DNA of 64,000 nt, from positions 140,422 to 204,421 of the forward strand of contig NC_092678.1 in NCBI RefSeq assembly GCF_964355755.1, in the 5' to 3' direction. The first letter of the stretch is position 1. Each line of letters starts with the position of its first letter. The notes under the pieces were generated by a model, which worked only from the letters and a program-made list of their open reading frames with translations, had not been told where the DNA came from and did no database searches. The stretch is from Antedon mediterranea (taxonomy: Eukaryota; Animalia; Echinodermata). Below are positions 59,701-64,000 of this stretch, in pieces. The position numbers were made by a program, and so were the translations under genes.

Positions 59701-62700
59701 GTAGCCCAGAACCCGGAACTAAGGTTACACCAAGGAACAGGCTGGTCTTTGACTTAAACTCAGCTTTTGTTGAACCTTTAATATTATAATAATAAATAAT
59801 AAATTTGGACTTTTAAGCGCATAATGCATAAAGCCTCTATGCGCTTCACATAAAAATAAAAGTAATCCATGAAATAAATAATTTTTAAATAATTAAAACA
59901 TGTAATCGATGACATTTAATAATAATAAATAAAATCAAAGAACAACAGAATCTATCTTAATAAACGGCACATTTAAGAATTTGGTACGCAATTTGGTACG
60001 CTATTTGGTACGCTATTTGGTACGCTATTTGGTACGCTATTTGGTACGCTATTTGGTACGCTATTTGGTACGCTATTCGAAAAGAGTAGGGAAACATCCG
60101 TTTTTGTTTCCTGACTTTTCATGAATTTTCCGATTATAACATCATTTACATTTTATTTTCACAACTTTTTTTTCTTCTTTAATAATCTTGCATTAATATA
60201 AAAGAAACATGTTGATAAACATACCTAACTTGTCCCACATTGATACCGCATGGAATGCCATTGGCTCTCGTAAATCGCCATATTTATCCTGAATTTTGCT
60301 CCGTTTTTCAACAGTAAATGTCTCTAACTGAAGGCATGGTTGCGTAAGGAAACATGAAGCAAACAGGAAAAACCGATTCCACACTTCAATGCACTATAGT
60401 CAGACAAAATAGTAATTTGATAAACTATACAATAATATTGTAACTTTCAACGTAACATTTTCAATTCAAGAGATTTCAGATGATATAACTAATGGATATT
60501 ATTGATTGAACTGAAAAGCATCTTAATAAAATTGTGAACTTACATGTGATATAATTCTGCTTTGAACCCCTTCATCGTGCGGAGTCTCATAAATAGATTG
60601 TGAATCTTTGGAATGAGGTTCCTGCAATTAAAATACAGATCAACAAACACAGTTTTAATACTGTATTAAAAATAATAAATTAATTGACAGTAAAAGTGTT
60701 CAATCTATTTTTTATTGCGACATAATTGTATTAGTCTTACGTTTTGGACGGCATCTATAAGGTAGGTGTGTAGAGGCTGACAAAAATACTGTGTTGAAGA
60801 TAAGATTACTCTGCCAAATAAAAAGCATTATTTAGGTTATTTAAGTACTTTAGTTAAGTACTTTTGATTTACAGTTTGATTGAAATCAAGTTTGACTTTA
60901 CAATTCAAATTGTTTTGATAAAAACATATTACATACGGCAACCATTCTTAATTCAAATTTAAAACGAATTGTAAATTTAATTGTTATTAAATCTCTTCAC
61001 AAAAAATAAATTAAAATAAAAAACAGACAAAAATATACTCAGCTTACATGTTCAGTGCCATTTTCATAACCATCCAATCTTTTGGGAAAATAACCATGGT
61101 AACAAGATGCTCAAACACACAAAACAGTCGAAGTAAGAAGCCGCACAGCTTTTCTAGATCATGTGCCATGGTGGATATAAGCATTTCGTAATGTCCCTCC
61201 TTCATCAACTTCAACAAGCAAATAAAACATGAAGTACACAGACTCTAAATAACAACAATAATATAATAGTAAGTAAACAGAAAATCACCTCACGAGGTTT
61301 CTAGTTACAATATGTCTGAACAGGCCCTTAATCTTCTCACACAACAATATGTCTAAAAGGGCCTTAATCTTCTCACATAACAATATGTCTGAACAAGTCC
61401 TTAATCTTCTCACAAAACATTATGTCTGAACAGGCCCTTAATCTTCTCACAATACAATTATGTCTGAACAGGCCTTTAACCTTCTCACAATACAATTATG
61501 TTTAAACAGGAGTCTTACCACAATGCTGGGTGATCCAGGGGCATTTGGCCCTACTGTTTGGTCTTTCTGAATGTGTAACAATGTATTTAATAATATTCCT
61601 ATTAATGCGTTCACTATCAGCTGAATTTCGTTACTCTCATATTCCGTCTGAAGAAAAGAACAGATTTAATATTAACACAAACATATTTCTTGATTTAAAT
61701 ATCTAAACTATATTTATAAATTATGAGGACAAAACCTACCAGTGTCAAGTGTTTGTAAGAAGCTAAGATGTCACCAACGATTGACAGACAGATCCTAAGT
61801 TCCTGCTCCCCTTTGATAAGTGAACTTAAGATTCCAAGACTAAGAGGTAAGATGTACGATCTGGAACCTGCAATACAAACAAATTCAAAGTGGGGACTTG
61901 ATAAAATGATTACCCATACATTGTGAACTCTCACCTTTGACCTCTATGTGAGCATCTATATACCCTTATTATTTGTTGTTAAATACATTTATATACTCAC
62001 TGCTATCTGTAAAGAGTTTTCCCTTGATAGCCTGACTTAGGCATTTAAGTTTGACCCCTGTCAAGCCACTGGACTGGGGCACTGACTCAATAGTCTCCAT
62101 CATCAAAGTACTGACATCGAGGGGGCTTAGCAGCTTTTGAAGCTCAATAAACACAATGTAACAGTTCTCTAGTAATGTACTCTGAAAGTATAATTGTTAA
62201 AAAATTCACCAAATAAAATTAAATTTGCAATTTTTTCTTAATATCTTTAGGTTACCAAGAAAAATATTGATATTAACAGATGAGCACATTTCCAACCAAC
62301 CTGCGCTTTTCTGACGTAGTCTTCATCACGCTTCATAAAATCCTTAATTGAGCTAAACAGAGATCGTACATCTGATACAAAACGGCCATCCCCTTTTCCT
62401 CCAGTTGTTCTAACATAAAAAGCAAAATAATTTAAGACGTGGTTCTCATACAATTGTACAAAAACTTGATATACAATAATTGGTCAGATGTTTACGCACT
62501 ATTGTGGGTTCAGGTTCTACCCTAACCCACAGTAATTCCCCACAAAATTGAGAATTGAAAATTGAGTGAGAAGATTGGTAATATTTAATTACCACAGTAA
62601 TTCCTGAGAATTACGAATTTGCGTTTACAAAAGAGGGTAAAACATCAGACAAATAAACTTTGCATTAGCTTTTATTATCATGATATGATATACATACTGT

Positions 62701-63638
62701 TCGTATAGAATCCTTGAACGAATGCAGAATTTGAAAAGAAAATGAAACGAGCTGAAAGCACTGGATGCGTAGTCATGATTCATTTGAATGTTCTCAGTGA
62801 CGCGTTGAAGATAAGAAAGTAAATACCTGGAAAAAGTGAAAAAGGTGAGCATTACAGAAGGAAATATTTTACAATAGTACATAGGATAACAGGATGTTGT
62901 GATCTTTTTTAAAGCTCTGTCTACACTATCAAACTTTATGTAACAAAAAAATATGATGTGCCCATATATGCAACATGATGATGTCATATTACTATCATAT
63001 TTAGGAATATCACTACCATATTTGGGCACATCACGCTTTTTTTTTGTCAAACTAGTTTGATAGTGTAGATAGAGCTTAAGAAAGTGACTTTGTGGTACTT
63101 ACTTGTGAGCCAAAGCACCAGAAAAATGTCTTTCAATGTAAGTATCAAGAACGGTGGTAAACGACTTGAACCTACTGTCACGCAGAACGCCAATGATGTA
63201 AATCTATGAAAAGAAACACAATAATAATAATATCCTGAATTTATATAGCGCCTAATGTTGTGAAACTTCTGAATATTATTCCCCCAGTCATTTTTTGGAT
63301 CAAAAACGTATGGAAACATACTCCCATAATGCTGCTAGTAATCACTGCAAAGTTGTGTCATGATCTTAAACTGGGTTCTCATTTATACACCTGGGTGAAG
63401 AGAGGCAAACGTACGTAAAGTATATTGCCTAACGATACAAGCAATGCCGCGAAAGTTGGATTCGAATATTGATCACAATAATATATTCATATACCAATTA
63501 TTGTAATCACAAATGTTTTCATTTTAAAAATGGTTGCAATATTTGAATACTTACGAGTCCTTTGAAGACCAAGTCAGCATACTTCTCAGGATTGTCATCC
63601 AATATAGAAAAGAGTGTGTCAAGAACATCTTGCAAAAT
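44790..63638 (-). CDS. DOCK3: DOCK-B (DOCK3/4-like) Rac GEF, 3' portion: armadillo region, DHR-2, Pro-rich tail; ~31 exons in window, 5' end beyond window
   Basis: Approximate exons 63638-63555, 63203-63103, 62826-62698, 62409-62301, 62181-62001, 61867-61740, 61647-61519, 61244-61048, 60810-60741, 60621-60544, 60393-60224, 59774-59630, 59007-58919, 57682-57520, 55821-55573, 55315-55226, 54776-54672, 54395-54260, 53584-53328, 53008-52839, 52625-52542, 52102-51987, 51200-51145, 50974-50911, 50462-50412, 47890-47834, 47421-47337, 47144-46918, 46348-46275, 45127-44790. Motifs LQDVLDTLFSILDDN, HFSGALAH, KYGDLR..SMWDKLG, YDRPFQKG, LPGVLKWAEV, ISPLKIAVETM, PPPLPKR/PPPLPRK. DOCK3/4 rather than DOCK1/2/5 is my judgement from remembered sequence. 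Confidence 0.88.
46515..46758. repeat. 61-bp tandem repeat, 4 copies
   Basis: GAGTCTCACAGCACAACATGAAAAGAATATTGATAAAAAGTTTGTGGTACACCACGTATAT units. Confidence 0.93.
48466..48881. mobile_element. Non-autonomous hAT-like element with duplicated left end and internal ~90-bp repeats
   Basis: 14-bp TIRs CAGTGGTGGTGCCA (48466, again 48593) / TGGCACCACCACTG (48868-48881); 8-bp TSD GATTAGTT / GATTAGAT. Confidence 0.85.
49716..49953 (+). mobile_element. Penelope-like pLTR/retrozyme-type fragment inserted in a (TA)n microsatellite
   Basis: ~240-bp insert flanked by (TA)n/TACA tracts on both sides; contains a hammerhead motif. Confidence 0.7.
49786..49828 (+). ncRNA. Minimal type I hammerhead ribozyme motif
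   Basis: GCA-CTGATGA-A-GGGC-TAGTGTT-GCCC-GAAA-GC-TC-TGC: intact CUGAUGA and GAAA core, 4-bp stem II, palindromic AGCU stem III, UC cleavage site, short stem I. Confidence 0.75.
50148..50240 (-). mobile_element. One-ended copy of the Harbinger-like MITE, opposite orientation
   Basis: TAA|AGCTCTGTCTACACTATCAA TIR followed by the reverse complement of the MITE interior. Confidence 0.8.
51185..51720. repeat. 70-95-bp degenerate array (7 copies) containing a DOCK acceptor plus first 16 nt of the exon
   Basis: Minus-strand TTTTACTTCATAG|GATACTTCATCACCAG repeated; AG intact at 51201, 51271, 51680 only. Confidence 0.92.
51810..51895 (+). mobile_element. Internal fragment of the Harbinger-like MITE
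   Basis: GATGTGCCCATATATGGACATGATGATGTCATATCACTACCATA...GGGCACATCAC. Confidence 0.8.
52200..52520. repeat. 72-bp tandem array (~4.5 copies)
   Basis: CCTAACCCAACATACAGTAGTAACATATCAAGGCTAGGCTACATACT..AGGTTGTTTGTGTATTCAACAG units. Confidence 0.94.
53585..54259 (-). other. U12-type (minor spliceosome) GT-AG intron in DOCK DHR-2
   Basis: 5' site T|GTATCCTTT; branch site TTCCTTAAT (53611-53603) ~19 nt before AG; join restores GQAQ-Y-ISVRQV. Confidence 0.9.
53884..54239. repeat. 52-bp tandem array (~7 copies) inside the U12 intron
   Basis: GCCTATCTCCTCTCTTGCTGACAAAAAGACTACAGAATAAGAAGAAATGAAC units. Confidence 0.95.
54890..55101. repeat. 30-bp tandem array (7 copies)
   Basis: CTTATYTGACCTCCATCCACACTCATGTTT units. 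Confidence 0.95.
55940..57402. repeat. 27-bp tandem array (~54 copies), intronic
   Basis: ATACTGCAGTGTATAAGCATYGCATAY units between DOCK exons ending 57520 and starting 55821. Confidence 0.98.
58018..58335. repeat. 40-bp tandem array (~8 copies)
   Basis: GTTAGTATTTACTAACACATTACATATTTCTATTAATGTT units. Confidence 0.95.
59979..60077. repeat. 12-bp tandem repeat (~8 copies)
   Basis: ATTTGGTACGCT units. Confidence 0.93.
61305..61510. repeat. Degenerate ~39-bp tandem repeat (~5 copies) next to a DOCK donor
   Basis: ACAATATGTCTGAACAGGCCCTTAATCTTCTCAC units. Confidence 0.85.
62913..63076 (+). mobile_element. Complete PIF/Harbinger-like MITE (164 bp)
   Basis: 23-bp TIRs AGCTCTGTCTACACTATCAAACT / AGTTTGATAGTGTAGATAGAGCT (1 mismatch); TAA target-site duplication on both sides. 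Confidence 0.9.
63218..63466 (-). mobile_element. tRNA-derived SINE remnant with conserved central domain (Nin/Deu-like) and L2-like (TTA)n tail
   Basis: Minus strand: TTCGAATCC B-box remnant, TTGCCTCTCTTCACCCAGGTGTATAAATGAG core, GGCGCTATATAAAT..TATTATTATT tail. Family assignment from memory. Confidence 0.65.
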
Positions 63639-63646
63639 CTGTTATT

Positions 63647-63785
63647 AAAAACGAAACATGTACGGTATTAATCTAAAACGAAACATGTACGGTATTAATC
63701 TAAAACGAAACATGTACGGTATTAATCTAAAACGAAACATGTACGGTATTAATCTAAAACGAAACATGTACGGTATTAATCTAAA
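63647..63785. repeat. 27-bp tandem repeat (5 copies) abutting a DOCK acceptor
   Basis: AAAACGAAACATGTACGGTATTAATCT units ending ~7 nt from the AG at 63639. Confidence 0.94.
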
Positions 63786-64000
63786 TGTGGAACTGAGCAA
63801 ATGACACATTTGTATACTTATTTTCATAGTTTATGTACTTACCATTTTTATCGTACCATCATTCAGGAAAACCCCTCACAATGTAATAATAAGTTTATAC
63901 CATCATTCGGGAAAACCCCTCACAATGTAATAATAAGTTTGTGACCTACTTGAAAAGCCAAATCACACATTCTTATACCATGAAGGAATGCGTATACTCA

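Noticed and set aside
63844-63945. 44-bp duplication with AG/GT sites as another DOCK exon-junction repeat
   Set aside because: The translation (VTNLLLHCEGFSRMM) does not resemble the expected DOCK segment; probably intronic and cannot be resolved at the window edge.

Overview
AT-rich, intron-rich animal genomic DNA. Gene content, repeat types and single-copy pre-vertebrate-duplication orthologues suggest a non-vertebrate deuterostome such as an echinoderm (inference only). Gene order: probable 5' end of an unidentified minus-strand gene (<1-~775), STRIP1/2 (-, 21 exons), BicD/BICD (-, with candidate alternative 3' exons), TMEM167B/kish-B (+), MAPKAPK2/3 (-), intronless RBM15 (+), a candidate orphan micro-gene (-), and the 3' part of a divergent DOCK3/4-like GEF (-) with a U12 intron. 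About 30 local tandem repeats or duplications are present. Five straddle exon-intron junctions and amplify splice sites plus exon fragments; three of these give frame-compatible cassette-like units (61 copies of an APE-less kinase exon, 12 copies of a 15-nt STRIP microexon, 29-nt DOCK units). Also present: a minimal hammerhead ribozyme in a Penelope-like insert, a hAT and a Harbinger MITE, SINE remnants and a ~130-bp foldback. All exon calls were made by eye from GT-AG boundaries, reading-frame continuity and remembered homology; no expression or database evidence was available.
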